From the IMG/VR virus record IMGVR_UViG_2700989507_000006: a DNA stretch of 64,000 bases; one strand, written 5' to 3'. The number at the start of each line of letters is the position of its first letter. Within the stretch, counting starts at the first letter, position 1. The position numbers and the translations under genes are program-made. The notes beneath the pieces were generated by a model. The model ran no database searches. It was not told the origin of the DNA and saw only the letters and a program-made list of their open reading frames with translations. Shown here piece by piece: positions 29,827-43,351 of the stretch. The DNA comes from a virus. Lineage: Duplodnaviria; Heunggongvirae; Uroviricota; Caudoviricetes.

Positions 29827-30921
29827 TCACGAGAAGCTCTTTTCTGATGTCAGCCAACAGTGCTCGTGCAAATCTCTTGGTGGTTTTTCGACAAATGCCT
29901 CTTCAGCTACATCCCGCCAGGGAATTTGTTTAGCCCATTCAGCTATAGCGTTATGGTTTGCTGAGAATAACGGTATTGTATAGGCTTTCAGCCAGTCTAA
30001 TGTGCTGGAGTTGTGTTTTTGAGCGTGATGTTTCGCATGGTGTTTGGCGATCACGATCGTAGGCACTACCCATTTACTACCGTCAGTCATTGTGAAGTGC
30101 ATATTACGGGGAACAGATGATTTTTCCATCAACTCCCGAATCCCAGGGAATTTCCCCAAGATCAATCGGCGATATTTATCGCTATTGCACCCACCAAACT
30201 CTTTGGCTTTATATTCAAGATATGCTTCAGAAACGAGAGGTGAATCCTCTGTGCTGAGAGTTATAGCCGTGAAAATACCAGCAGGATTGTTCTCACTATG
30301 GGCCAACCGGTGATGCGAATCATAAAAATACCCTTTCTCTCGTTCCGATGGTTTCGACAGCAACAGCAGGCGCGAATCATAACCGGTCAAATTGCCTGTT
30401 ATCACAGCATGAGCGCGGTCGCTGATTTCTGCCGCGTTAATAACGATGAAGAGATCATGCGGCCCAGTAAAACCAGCCAGAGATTCTTCGTTATTCAGAC
30501 AATAGTTTAAATATACACATCCCCATGCTTCACTGATATGTACCAACCCTTTTTCAGGGTGCAGTTTGAAATGATTGCCAAGAAAAGGGTGTTTCTTGAT
30601 AACCTGCGCCCAATAACAGCACATATAGTCAATTATATTGTTTCGACTATCGTTAATAGCAGGAGAAACAACCACTGTACGGGAACACGAATACAGTATT
30701 GTTTGCAGGATGCTAATCACTGCCACAATAGAGGTTTCCCCAATACCATGTGGTGTGGTGGCAGTGACTTTGGCTCCGGTGTTCTTTATCGCGTTAATAA
30801 TTTTTGCTTGATGAGGTGTTAACTTAATATCAAGCAACTCTTTTGCTGCCAGTTCCCAATTGTCTTTATACCGTTCTATCAGTGCTAACCAGGCAGATTC
30901 ATTCTGTATACGATTAATCAC
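29827..30921 (-). CDS. terminase-large-subunit ATPase-domain paralogue with degenerate Walker motifs
   Basis: 364 aa colinear with the PacB N-terminal ATPase domain from this window; Walker A GKS replaced by GETS and Walker B acid replaced by Asn; no nuclease domain. Confidence 0.6.
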   Translation of the reverse strand: MINRIQNESAWLALIERYKDNWELAAKELLDIKLTPHQAKIINAIKNTGAKVTATTPHGIGETSIVAVISILQTILYSCSRTVVVSPAINDSRNNIIDYMCCYWAQVIKKHPFLGNHFKLHPEKGLVHISEAWGCVYLNYCLNNEESLAGFTGPHDLFIVINAAEISDRAHAVITGNLTGYDSRLLLLSKPSEREKGYFYDSHHRLAHSENNPAGIFTAITLSTEDSPLVSEAYLEYKAKEFGGCNSDKYRRLILGKFPGIRELMEKSSVPRNMHFTMTDGSKWVVPTIVIAKHHAKHHAQKHNSSTLDWLKAYTIPLFSANHNAIAEWAKQIPWRDVAEEAFVEKPPRDLHEHCWLTSEKSFS

Positions 30922-31708
30922 TTTCCACCTCTTCCGTGGTGTTTTCTTGCAGTTCTGTTAATGCAGCACGACACAGGTTCCGGGCATTGGCTATAGCCAC
31001 ACTTTTTACCTCATCCGTCATTGTGCAGGTAATGTACTGATCGAGTTCTTCAGCTCGGATGATGCTTTTCCCAATCATAAACTCTATTTGCCAGAGCAGA
31101 TCGGCATCCATCGTCAGTATTTCAGCCTGGCCTTCTGGGCCTGCGGGGAAGCAAACATAAGACTGTTTGCCCAGGCCGATAACTCGACAACTTGCTTCAA
31201 GAATTGCACGCTTGAGGTCTAACTTTGTAACTGAAACAGGTTGATTTTCACCTGTGATTACGCCATTGACATGGACGTGGAAGGGCATGTAGCTTGAAAT
31301 TCGCTCTACTTTCCATACGCCAGCAAGCGATCCTTCATGCAGCACAATGGGGGTAACCGCGAGTTTCATCTCACCATATAACTGCTGGCAGATAGCTGGA
31401 TTGCTGAATACATCCAAAGGTTCACACTCAAACAGCGGCGCAATCTGCATGAGGTCCATCATGGTCATACCAGGGGTACGAGCAGTAATGAATCTGCGCA
31501 TTCCAGTATCCATTGTGCGCCAGATAGCTACACCATGCTTTTTGCTCACTTCTTCAGTAAAGCCAAGGTGGCACATGATGGTTTTTTCGATAGCCAGATC
31601 AGAGATAGAAACCTTTTCGCCTGGCACTCCATCATTATTGATGGTCACTTCGACACTCTGGCCATTACGTAGGCGGTATTGAATGGTTTTAGTATTTTGT
31701 GCTGTCAT
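30914..31708 (-). CDS. hypothetical protein co-transcribed with the terminase-like paralogue
   Basis: 264-aa ORF whose stop overlaps the downstream gene start by 8 bp. Confidence 0.5.
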   Translation of the reverse strand: MTAQNTKTIQYRLRNGQSVEVTINNDGVPGEKVSISDLAIEKTIMCHLGFTEEVSKKHGVAIWRTMDTGMRRFITARTPGMTMMDLMQIAPLFECEPLDVFSNPAICQQLYGEMKLAVTPIVLHEGSLAGVWKVERISSYMPFHVHVNGVITGENQPVSVTKLDLKRAILEASCRVIGLGKQSYVCFPAGPEGQAEILTMDADLLWQIEFMIGKSIIRAEELDQYITCTMTDEVKSVAIANARNLCRAALTELQENTTEEVESD

Positions 31709-31805
31709 AGTCTTTTCTCTGCTTAAAAACTGATGTATTGCGCCTTCAGGTTGGTTAGGAATGTTTTCCCACCAGCGAAAGCAATATCTCGGGGTGTTCT
31801 ATTCG

Positions 31806-32294
31806 TTAAAACGGAATATCGTCTTCAAAGTCCATTGGAGGTTCGTTATTGGCGTTGCTCTGAGGTTTACCGCCACCGCTGTATTGCTGGTGGTTTTGAG
31901 GTTGGTTTGACTGCCCCCAGCCATTTGAGGACTGTGAATCGTCGCGGCGAGCGCCGATCATTTGCATGGTGCCGCCCTGGCTGACGATAATTTCCGTCGT
32001 GTAACGTTCTACACCGGCGTCATCTGTCCACTTACGGGTTTTAAGTTTCCCTTCGATGTAGACCTGAGAACCTTTTCGTAAATATTCACTCGCAATTTCA
32101 GCAAGTTTTCCGAACAAAACGACTTTATGCCATTCTGTTTGCTCTTTCTGTTGGCCCGTTTGCTTGTCGCGCCATGATTCATTCGTTGCGATGCTGAGTC
32201 TTCCGACCGCTCCGCCATTTGGTATATACCTGATCTCCGGGTCTTGCCCCAGGGTACCAATCAGGATGACTTTGTTTACACCGCGTTGTGCCAC
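31806..32294 (-). CDS. ssb: single-stranded DNA-binding protein
   Basis: 162 aa; OB-fold core, Gly/Gln-rich linker and acidic C-terminal tip DFEDDIPF. Confidence 0.9.
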   Translation of the reverse strand: MAQRGVNKVILIGTLGQDPEIRYIPNGGAVGRLSIATNESWRDKQTGQQKEQTEWHKVVLFGKLAEIASEYLRKGSQVYIEGKLKTRKWTDDAGVERYTTEIIVSQGGTMQMIGARRDDSQSSNGWGQSNQPQNHQQYSGGGKPQSNANNEPPMDFEDDIPF

Positions 32295-32313
32295 TTATCT
32301 TACCTAATAAAAT

Positions 32314-32330
32314 AAATTAATTAGAGCAAT
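32314..32330. promoter_or_regulatory. C1 repressor operator (16/17)
   Basis: aaattaattagagcaat between the divergent ssb and lyz genes. Confidence 0.55.
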
Positions 32331-32463
32331 AATGTATATCTTTGAAACGTAGCTAACAAGTGATTTGCATTATCCTGTGCCTTCTAAAGGGATCGAGTCA
32401 GTCGGTATTGGCTGTGAATGGGTGTTTGTCCTGGAGCGTAAAAAATTCGCTTATGAGGTCTTT

Positions 32464-33021
32464 ATGAAGGGAAAAACAGCCGCAGGAGGCGGTGCAATTT
32501 GCGCTATCGCGGTGATGATTACCATCGTGATGGGTAATGGCAATGTGCGAACCAACCAGGCGGGGCTTGAGCTGATTGGTAACGCTGAAGGTTGCCGACG
32601 TGATCCATACATGTGCCCGGCGGGGGTATGGACTGACGGGATCGGTAATACACACGGGGTAACGCCGGGTGTGCGAAAAACCGACCAGCAAATCGCCGCT
32701 GATTGGGAAAAGAATATCCTGATCGCTGAACGCTGTATTAATCAGCACTTCCGGGGCAAAGACATGCCCGATAATGCCTTCAGTGCAATGACAAGCGCGG
32801 CATTCAATATGGGATGCAATAGCTTACGGACCTACTACAGCAAAGCGCGAGGCATGCGAGTCGAAACGTCCATCCACAAGTGGGCGCAGAAAGGGGAATG
32901 GGTGAATATGTGTAACCATCTCCCTGATTTCGTGAACAGTAACGGCGTGCCCCTGCGAGGTTTAAAGATTCGCCGTGAAAAAGAACGCCAGCTTTGCCTG
33001 ACGGGACTGGTCAATGAATAA
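32464..33021 (+). CDS. lyz: SAR-type endolysin (T4-lysozyme fold with N-terminal signal-arrest-release segment)
   Basis: Start at MKGKTAAGGGAICAIAVMITIVMG (RBS gagg), giving 185 aa; catalytic region ...LELIGNAEGCRRDPYMCPAGVWTDGIGNTHG. Confidence 0.85.
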   Translation: MKGKTAAGGGAICAIAVMITIVMGNGNVRTNQAGLELIGNAEGCRRDPYMCPAGVWTDGIGNTHGVTPGVRKTDQQIAADWEKNILIAERCINQHFRGKDMPDNAFSAMTSAAFNMGCNSLRTYYSKARGMRVETSIHKWAQKGEWVNMCNHLPDFVNSNGVPLRGLKIRREKERQLCLTGLVNE

Positions 33022-33268
33022 ACTCCGGCAGCTCCGCCGACTTTCGACAATGAAGTTATCGCTGGCGGCGATAGTTTTTGACTCGATTTTCATGGCGGTA
33101 TATGTGCTCAATGAGACGTGGCCACTGGAACCGCTATTGTATGCCGGGCTTCGGCTGTGCCTGACATTTTTGAGCATGGCTGCGAGATTGATGCAGCAGA
33201 AAGAAACTGCTTCAGATTGTCCACGCCGCGCGGTGCGCAAATATATGGCACGCAGGCGAAGGAGATAA
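33014..33268 (+). CDS. small membrane protein downstream of lyz (possibly lysis-associated)
   Basis: 84 aa with one TM helix and an Arg-rich C-terminus; overlaps the lyz stop by 8 bp. Confidence 0.35.
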   Translation: MNKLRQLRRLSTMKLSLAAIVFDSIFMAVYVLNETWPLEPLLYAGLRLCLTFLSMAARLMQQKETASDCPRRAVRKYMARRRRR

Positions 33269-33281
33269 TAGTTAACGAGAA

Positions 33282-33307
33282 CCCCGGCAGCCGCCGGGGT
33301 TATTTTT
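33282..33307. terminator. rho-independent terminator between convergent genes
   Basis: ccccggcAGCCgccgggg hairpin followed by ttattttt. Confidence 0.6.
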
Positions 33308-33312
33308 GGTGG

Positions 33313-36043
<2,731 letters not shown>

Positions 36044-36109
36044 TTAATTAGAATAATTCGCATCGTGTTTTAACGGAATTTAACACTAGTCACTTGTTAA
36101 GGATTACCA

Positions 36110-39100
36110 ATGAACAAGCTATCTATGGGGGTGTTTCGCTGTTCAAGTGTCAGCGAAATATTGAAATACATTAGGGCAATAGCATCTCACCGAGCGCCGA
36201 TTAAATACGGCGTGGAAAAGGTGGAAGGCAAAAGCTATGACCGACTGCGCCGGGAGGCGAATCAGAAGGCGATAGATTTGCTTAATTCACTGGTGGACGG
36301 CGCGACACTGACAGATGAACAGCGCCAGATCCTGGCTGGGTACACCGGTGAAGGCGGCATTGGCGGGTCCGTCTCCGAATATTACACACCAAAGCCGATC
36401 GCTGAAGGTGTCTGGGAGATCATGAAGCTCTACGGCGCGGACGTAGGTAACACTCTGGAACCATCGGCGGGCACCGGCGTTTTTAATGAGACAAAACCGG
36501 TTGGTACGGTGATGACCGCGACTGAGATCAGCAGTGTTTCCGGTCGTATAAACCAGCTGTTACACCCGGAAGACAGCGTACAGATTTCCCCGTTTGAACA
36601 GCTGGCTGTAAGCACGCCTAACGATTCATTCGACCATGTTGTGGGTAACGTTCCGTTCGGTGGTCGTGATCACACACGCAACATCGATAAGCCTTACGCA
36701 GAAGAAACGGACATGGGTTCTTACTTCATGCTCCGCATTCTGGACAAGATAAAGCCAGGCGGATTCATGTGCGTGATTGTGCCGCCGTCCATTGTTTCAG
36801 GTTCAAACATGAAGCGGTTACGCCTGCGCCTATCACGGAAAGCTGAATTTCTTGGTGCCCACCGCTTGCCTACCGGTACTTTTGACGCAAACGGGACCAG
36901 TACGGTCGTTGACGTGGTGCTGATGCGCAAACATCCGGCGGAGATGGCTGAGAAAATCCCCCTGGTGGATGAAGGCACTCTTGAATCGGCAAATGTGCTT
37001 TGGCCAACGTTTATTTCTGGCAAGTGGTTTGAAAAGGATGGCCGCCGGTTTGTTCATGGCACCCAGGAAAAGGGCTTCCAGGGGCGTATTGAGGTTCGTG
37101 CCGACGGTCAGATTGATAACCAGGCTCTTAAAGCGAAGCTGATTCATCGTTTCGAAAGCCGTATCGACTGGTCTTTGCTCGATATGGCTGAACCGTCACC
37201 GACCGCAGACGTTGTTGGTGAAGGGGAAATGCGCCTGATTAATGGTGTATGGCAAAAATATGCTGGTGGTCGCTGGATTGAAGCTGATGCCGGGAAGGAA
37301 CTTAAGATCGATGCTGCCAGTTATGGCGCGGACAGCTGGGAGGCTCTTCAGCGTAACCTGACTACAACAGAAGGCCGTCTCGGCATGACATTTACCCAGA
37401 TGGCAAATGTCCGCGATAAGTACACCACATCAATCAGCGACGATATGGTGCAGCTGGTGGACTGGATTAACAGCCAGCCTGAAAAATACCGTGAACGCTT
37501 GTATCGCGGGGCGATGATTGGCCGGATGTTAATTGAATATCAGGACATGAAGGCCGCCGGGCATAGTGCTGAACAAATCGAACAGCAGCGCCTTTCTCTG
37601 GTATCCCGTTTGCAGGCAGAGATTGACCGTTTTGGTAACCCCGGTCGCGGTCCGATAGCGAAATTATCGGGGAGCGGTGCGCGCGCCTGGTTTGCTTTCC
37701 GTGGTGCAATTAAGCTGGATGGCACTATTTCTGACGAGCTGACAGGAAAACTGGTTACGCATGATTCCAGCGCCAGTTATGACTCCACCAGCTATCAGGA
37801 CACCCTGCGTTATCTCTACAGTGATCTCACTCGCGATCCAATCCAGCTCGATGATTTCCGCCTTGCGTTTACCGGCGAACTGCCAGCCAGTGATGACGAG
37901 TTGCTTAATTTATTGGCCAGCACCCCTGGCATTGCGGTTTCACCGTATGGCGGGATTGTTCCGTTCGCCCGCGCCACCAGCGGCGACATTAACGAGATAG
38001 TGGCTCCAAAACAGGAATTCCTCGCCACGCTCCCCGACGGTCCAGTAAAGAACAACGTCCTTAATCAGCTGGCAGCGATCGAAGAGAAGCGCATCAAGAC
38101 GCCAGCAGAGAATATCCGCTTTAAGCTCAATAGCCGTTGGTTCGACCGTTCCGTCATTCTGGAGTTTTTGCAGGAAAACGGCTATCCGGATCTGCGCTAT
38201 GTGCAGTCAGTGCAGTTGGAAGGCGACGAAATGGTTTCTGACACCTATCACGGTGGTGATGGTCTGTTCGTCGGGCACCGATACGGTGTCGTCCAGCGTA
38301 AGGATAAAGAAACAGGCGAGATCCGCTACGAGTGGGACCGTAAATCAGGTGAAAACGCGACCGGGTTCCCGGCACAGCTGGAAAAGTATCTCAATGGTGC
38401 GCGTATCGGTGGCAAAGATAGCGCGACGGCGAACGGCTACCGCGAGCAGATGGCACTGCTTGAGGACCAGTTCAATAAGTGGATCAAGACGCACGATCGC
38501 TACGATGAGCTGGTTGCCAAATACAACGATGTGTTCAATAGCAATATCCCGTATGAACACTCTGGCGATCCGCTTGGGTTGAAGGGATTAAGCGGTAAGC
38601 GTCAGCCATTTGATTACCAGAATAGCGAGGTGCGCCGACTGTCCGAAGATGGGCGCGGCATCCTGGGCTTCGGCACCGGGCTGGGTAAAACCACGACCGC
38701 GCTGGCACTTGAGGCGTTCAACTATGAGAACGGTCGCTCCACCCGTACTGCGTATGTAGTGCCTAAATCAGTGCTGGAAAACTGGTATTACGAAGCAAAA
38801 GAATTCCTGAGTGAAGAGGCATTCAGTAACTACCTGTTCGTCGGTCTTGATGTGCTGATGGATGGCGATCAGATTCGCCAGGTGCCGGTGCTCGATGAGA
38901 ACGGTAAACCTGTTCTTGGTGCTGATGGCACTCCAGTTATGCGCGATGCTCTTAAGCTGGCAGATGAAGCCACTATCACGGCGCGGATGAATGCGATCCC
39001 GCACTCAAATTACCGTGCAGTCGTGTTTACCAAAGAACAATACGCCCGCATTCCGCTACGTGATGACACCGTAGATGAGCATGCACAAGACATGCTTTAT

Positions 39101-42100
39101 GACTTCGTTGCTGCCGGACGTGTGGCCAGCGCAATGGATTCCGATTCCCATCGCAAAGAGGCGGCGCGTCGCCGGGTATTGTCGGAGTATTCAGATACCG
39201 GTACCGAAAAAGCAGAGAAGTATCCGTACTTTGAGGATATGGGCTTCGACAGCGTGATCGCCGACGAAGGCCACAACTACCGCAATAGCTATAAAAATGG
39301 TCGCGAAGCGTCACAACTGGCCTATCTGCCCACCAGCGCGGTGGCGCAATCGGCGCGGGATATGGCAATTAAAAACGCGTACCTGATGAAAAAGAATGGC
39401 GGGCGCGGACCGGTTCTCCTGACTGCAACGCCAGTCGTTAACACCCCGATCGATGCATACAACATGCTTTCTCATGTTCTGCCGAAGGAATACTGGCAGA
39501 AGATGGGGATCTACGGTCCTGATGACTTCGTTAAATTCTTCGGCAAGACCAGGCTGGAAACGGTACAGAAAATCAGCGGTGAAGTTGAAGAAAAAATGGC
39601 GCTGGTGGGCTTTGAAAACCTTGATGCGCTGCGCGGTATATTCCATCGCTGGGTAACGCTTAAAACGGCGGAAGACGTTAAGGATACCGTGGAGATCCCG
39701 GAGCTGGACGAACACCAGCAGGATGCACCACTTACTGAAGAACAACTGGCGGCGTATGAAGAATTGCGTCAGCAGGCGGAAGCGGCAGCAAAAGCCAACA
39801 ATGGCGTAACGACCTCGGTTAATGAAGACGGCGTGATTGAGCACGAGAAAGCCCGTCCGATCTTCTCAATAATCAGGGATATGGACCGCGTATGTACTGA
39901 CATGGACCTGTACTATCGCCGGATCACCTATCGTTTCCTGCCGGAGTACGCCGATGCGGTGCAGCAGCTGGCGGACAGTTTGCCTAAACAAGCCACCAGC
40001 GAAGACGACGACAGTGATGATTCAATCACGCAGCAATCGCAATACTCCCTGATAGATAAGGGCGAGTTTATTCAGTTGCAGGTTCCGGAAGCGTTCGAGC
40101 AGGAAGTGAATAAGCGCCTGGCCAGGTTTGGCATTGACGAACAGACCGTAACTCACCCCGTTACGCCCAAATACGCGAAGCTGATTGCCACGCTGAAGGA
40201 GTTTTTCCCGGAAGGTAAGCAAATCATCTTCACGGACGAAAAAACGCAGCACCAGAAGCTCAAGCGCATTATCTGCAATGCTCTTAACCTTGAACCTTCA
40301 AAGGTGGGGATCCTGAATGCTCAGACGGTTGCCGAGGCAGGTAAAACCGGTAAGAAACTGAAAGCGGTTAAACCGCCGAAAGAGTTACCGGATGAACCAA
40401 CAGATGCACAGATAGCGAAATACAACGAGCAAATGGCTCTGTATGACGCCTATATCGCGCAGCAAAATGAAATGTCGTTGGGCGGTCTGGAAAAGATTGC
40501 AGCCGACTTCCAGGAGGGCCGGACTCCGATCATCATCTGCAACAAAAAGGCAGAGGTGGGTATCAACCTGCATCGAGGAACAACTGACATCCATCATCTG
40601 ACGTTGCCATGGACACCAGCCAGTATCGCACAACGTAACGGTCGCGGTGCCCGAGTTGGCTCCAACCGTGCAAGCGTTCGCGTTCACTACTACTGCGGCA
40701 AGGGTTCTTTCGATGAATACCGACTGAAGACGCTGAAGCGTAAAGCAGGCTGGATCTCCGATATCCTCCGTTCAGATAAGTCAGAAATGGAGAACGCCGA
40801 CGCCAACGATATGATCGAAATGCAGATGTATACCGCTAAGGATGATGGCGAACGTCTGGCAATGATGCAGGTTCAAATGGATAAGGCGAAAGCCGCGCAA
40901 CGCGCTCGCCAGAAAGAACAGGCTACTATCGACCTTCAGAACTACATCAAGGCGCAGCACGCAGCTGGCGAGGATGTGGAGGTACTTACCGCTGAATTAG
41001 AGCGAAGCAAAGCGGAATTTGAAAAGAGCACCGACGAGGTAGCTAAATTCAAACAGGCGGTAATGGCCAAAGCCGCTGATAACGCAGACTGGAAGGCCCG
41101 CTGGGGGAGTGTCCATCACACAGACCGTATGTTGTTAGCACAGTATCGCGCGTCGTTGAAAAGCGCCATTCAGCGCAAGGCTAATATCTCTCAAGCCATT
41201 TCCCGCTATGAGAAATTATTGAACCGTACTCAGAAGGCCGCGACGGATATCAAACGCCTGCGCCCGCTGGTGGAGGATGCAATAAATAAAGGCATTCTGG
41301 ATGTTGATCCTGATCTGGTTAACCATGCGAATGAATTCCTTGTTATCGGCGATCGCTCATGGCGTGTAGGCCAATACTACGATTGTGCCGGTGATATCGT
41401 TCGCATTAAGTCGCTGGACTTCGACAGCCAGCGCGCAGACGTGGAGATCATCTTTACCTTCAAAGGCACCAAATCGGGTAACTGGGATGTGAAGACGCTG
41501 GATAAACAGGTGGATGTAACTCCCGATGAAGATGCTGTTATGCAGAAAATCAGTGGAGGCGTCTCCATCGCCGGGATTAACGACATCATTTCCTGTGACG
41601 ATTTCTACCGTTTCCAGCAGCGCGGCATGATCAAAATCACTGACTCATACGGCGTTCAGACTACAGAGTCAGGCTATAGCATTGATTTTGTTGGTACCTA
41701 TACGGACCCACTGAAGCATGCGGTTTACCCGGATCGCCGTGACGGCGCGCTGAAGTCGTCAATTGCAAAATGGGTGCTTGGTATGATGTCGGAAGGGAAT
41801 AACCGCCAGGTCCGTTTGGCAGAAGTATTCCTGACTGAACTGTTTGGCTCCAATTATGGCGATGTAATCGCGTCATACGGAGATACGCTATCTCCTGAAG
41901 CAATTCAGGAGAAAATAGCGGATGCGATCGCAAAAATGCCGGAGAAAACAAGCCAGGGGGCTACTCGTAACGGGGATTCTGAACTTGAGGTCACCAATGC
42001 TATTTTCGGTACCAATGAGTTCCGGGCGTCAGATTATGAGATCACCACAGCACAGTTTGGCACCATTGGCATTTACAGCAATAAAGACGAGATCAAGCAG

Positions 42101-42877
42101 GCAATGGACGCAGCAAGCGCGCGCATTGCAGCAGAACGGAAAGCCAATCTGAATCATGCAGTCGCCGCGCTGACTCAATCGTGGGTAACAGCAATCAGGG
42201 AGGCCGCCACCATAGGGAAAATCACACCGGCAATTGCGGATGTCGTAAACGACGGCTCTAAATTTATGGATGCCTATCAAATGGATGCGGTGAAGTTGCC
42301 ATCAGCCTATGGTCAACTCAGCTATCGTATGACCTACAACCTGGTATCAATGTTTTCCGACCTTGCCATCCTTGGGCTGGTGGATCTTAACGAGGTTACG
42401 CCGGAATTGCTCAGCATGCGCAAGAATCATGTGGAGATATTGCAGAGAATTAACACGGTTCTTGCCGGGCGCACCGATGAAGAGAAACAGGCCGACGCTG
42501 ATCGGATAAACCTGGCCCTTGGCAACATCACGGAGGAAGAAATTGCCGCCAGAAACGAGAAACAAGAAGAGTTATCATCAATACAGGGTGATGCCACCAG
42601 CATAGCTCAGTCTCTTGGTCTGAATTATCGCGTATCCACCGCCGACCTGAAGATGATGTACGCACCAAAATTCGCCGCTGGCGAGGTATTTGGGCTTCAG
42701 GAGGCGTCCGGCATGAAAGGCATTCTTTTCCGTGCGAAAGACGCAATCAAGGCGAAATTCGGCGCTCGCTGGCTGCCAGCGAAGGCGAAGAACAGCGATT
42801 TCCCGGGCAACTGGTGGATTATCGAGACAAAACACAACGTGGCGGACGTTCTGGCCGTCATCCAACAATACGCATAA
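36110..42877 (+). CDS. darB: DarB antirestriction protein (N6-adenine methyltransferase plus DExH helicase)
   Basis: 2255 aa; MTase motifs EPSAGTGVF and VGNVPFGG; helicase motifs GFGTGLGKTTTA and ADEGHNYRN; matches P1 DarB size. Confidence 0.85.
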   Translation: MNKLSMGVFRCSSVSEILKYIRAIASHRAPIKYGVEKVEGKSYDRLRREANQKAIDLLNSLVDGATLTDEQRQILAGYTGEGGIGGSVSEYYTPKPIAEGVWEIMKLYGADVGNTLEPSAGTGVFNETKPVGTVMTATEISSVSGRINQLLHPEDSVQISPFEQLAVSTPNDSFDHVVGNVPFGGRDHTRNIDKPYAEETDMGSYFMLRILDKIKPGGFMCVIVPPSIVSGSNMKRLRLRLSRKAEFLGAHRLPTGTFDANGTSTVVDVVLMRKHPAEMAEKIPLVDEGTLESANVLWPTFISGKWFEKDGRRFVHGTQEKGFQGRIEVRADGQIDNQALKAKLIHRFESRIDWSLLDMAEPSPTADVVGEGEMRLINGVWQKYAGGRWIEADAGKELKIDAASYGADSWEALQRNLTTTEGRLGMTFTQMANVRDKYTTSISDDMVQLVDWINSQPEKYRERLYRGAMIGRMLIEYQDMKAAGHSAEQIEQQRLSLVSRLQAEIDRFGNPGRGPIAKLSGSGARAWFAFRGAIKLDGTISDELTGKLVTHDSSASYDSTSYQDTLRYLYSDLTRDPIQLDDFRLAFTGELPASDDELLNLLASTPGIAVSPYGGIVPFARATSGDINEIVAPKQEFLATLPDGPVKNNVLNQLAAIEEKRIKTPAENIRFKLNSRWFDRSVILEFLQENGYPDLRYVQSVQLEGDEMVSDTYHGGDGLFVGHRYGVVQRKDKETGEIRYEWDRKSGENATGFPAQLEKYLNGARIGGKDSATANGYREQMALLEDQFNKWIKTHDRYDELVAKYNDVFNSNIPYEHSGDPLGLKGLSGKRQPFDYQNSEVRRLSEDGRGILGFGTGLGKTTTALALEAFNYENGRSTRTAYVVPKSVLENWYYEAKEFLSEEAFSNYLFVGLDVLMDGDQIRQVPVLDENGKPVLGADGTPVMRDALKLADEATITARMNAIPHSNYRAVVFTKEQYARIPLRDDTVDEHAQDMLYDFVAAGRVASAMDSDSHRKEAARRRVLSEYSDTGTEKAEKYPYFEDMGFDSVIADEGHNYRNSYKNGREASQLAYLPTSAVAQSARDMAIKNAYLMKKNGGRGPVLLTATPVVNTPIDAYNMLSHVLPKEYWQKMGIYGPDDFVKFFGKTRLETVQKISGEVEEKMALVGFENLDALRGIFHRWVTLKTAEDVKDTVEIPELDEHQQDAPLTEEQLAAYEELRQQAEAAAKANNGVTTSVNEDGVIEHEKARPIFSIIRDMDRVCTDMDLYYRRITYRFLPEYADAVQQLADSLPKQATSEDDDSDDSITQQSQYSLIDKGEFIQLQVPEAFEQEVNKRLARFGIDEQTVTHPVTPKYAKLIATLKEFFPEGKQIIFTDEKTQHQKLKRIICNALNLEPSKVGILNAQTVAEAGKTGKKLKAVKPPKELPDEPTDAQIAKYNEQMALYDAYIAQQNEMSLGGLEKIAADFQEGRTPIIICNKKAEVGINLHRGTTDIHHLTLPWTPASIAQRNGRGARVGSNRASVRVHYYCGKGSFDEYRLKTLKRKAGWISDILRSDKSEMENADANDMIEMQMYTAKDDGERLAMMQVQMDKAKAAQRARQKEQATIDLQNYIKAQHAAGEDVEVLTAELERSKAEFEKSTDEVAKFKQAVMAKAADNADWKARWGSVHHTDRMLLAQYRASLKSAIQRKANISQAISRYEKLLNRTQKAATDIKRLRPLVEDAINKGILDVDPDLVNHANEFLVIGDRSWRVGQYYDCAGDIVRIKSLDFDSQRADVEIIFTFKGTKSGNWDVKTLDKQVDVTPDEDAVMQKISGGVSIAGINDIISCDDFYRFQQRGMIKITDSYGVQTTESGYSIDFVGTYTDPLKHAVYPDRRDGALKSSIAKWVLGMMSEGNNRQVRLAEVFLTELFGSNYGDVIASYGDTLSPEAIQEKIADAIAKMPEKTSQGATRNGDSELEVTNAIFGTNEFRASDYEITTAQFGTIGIYSNKDEIKQAMDAASARIAAERKANLNHAVAALTQSWVTAIREAATIGKITPAIADVVNDGSKFMDAYQMDAVKLPSAYGQLSYRMTYNLVSMFSDLAILGLVDLNEVTPELLSMRKNHVEILQRINTVLAGRTDEEKQADADRINLALGNITEEEIAARNEKQEELSSIQGDATSIAQSLGLNYRVSTADLKMMYAPKFAAGEVFGLQEASGMKGILFRAKDAIKAKFGARWLPAKAKNSDFPGNWWIIETKHNVADVLAVIQQYA

Positions 42878-42910
42878 CAGGAGCGCCCGGTTCGCCGGGC
42901 GTCGCATAAT

Positions 42911-43351
42911 ATGGCCACACTATCTGATACAATAAAACCGAATAAAACATATCTTGAGGCGGTACTCCGTACAGCGTTGTTAGGAAAGACAGAAGACGAA
43001 TACGTTGATTTCTTCCTGTCAGGGCTACGCGGGCGATTACTGAAAAATCCCCGCCTGTACCGCAGCTATGGTCCATACTGGCCGGAAATTAAAAAATTAT
43101 TACTGGAGCGCGGTTATGGTAATTTCGGTCGTCTCGTTGACCGTGACGTTCGCAAAATTTACCGTTATGACCGCCCGGCGCTAACACTCATAGCCGCGAC
43201 GCTCTACAGCCAGGAGCGTTTTGATAATGGTCAGATATACTCAGCCTGGCATTTACTGCCAGTGCCTGAAGAAGTTGACGACCAGGACTATGAGTTTGAG
43301 TCTTACGATTTGGAAGTTGAAGCCTTGGCACAGGCTGGAGAGAAAACTTGA
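42911..43351 (+). CDS. small protein downstream of darB (P1 Ulx-like by position)
   Basis: 146-aa ORF 34 bp after darB, separated from it by a short hairpin. Confidence 0.45.
   Translation: MATLSDTIKPNKTYLEAVLRTALLGKTEDEYVDFFLSGLRGRLLKNPRLYRSYGPYWPEIKKLLLERGYGNFGRLVDRDVRKIYRYDRPALTLIAATLYSQERFDNGQIYSAWHLLPVPEEVDDQDYEFESYDLEVEALAQAGEKT

Noticed and set aside
37467-42907. Numerous short ORFs on both strands inside darB
   Set aside because: All are contained within the single 2255-aa reading frame with clear methyltransferase and helicase motifs.
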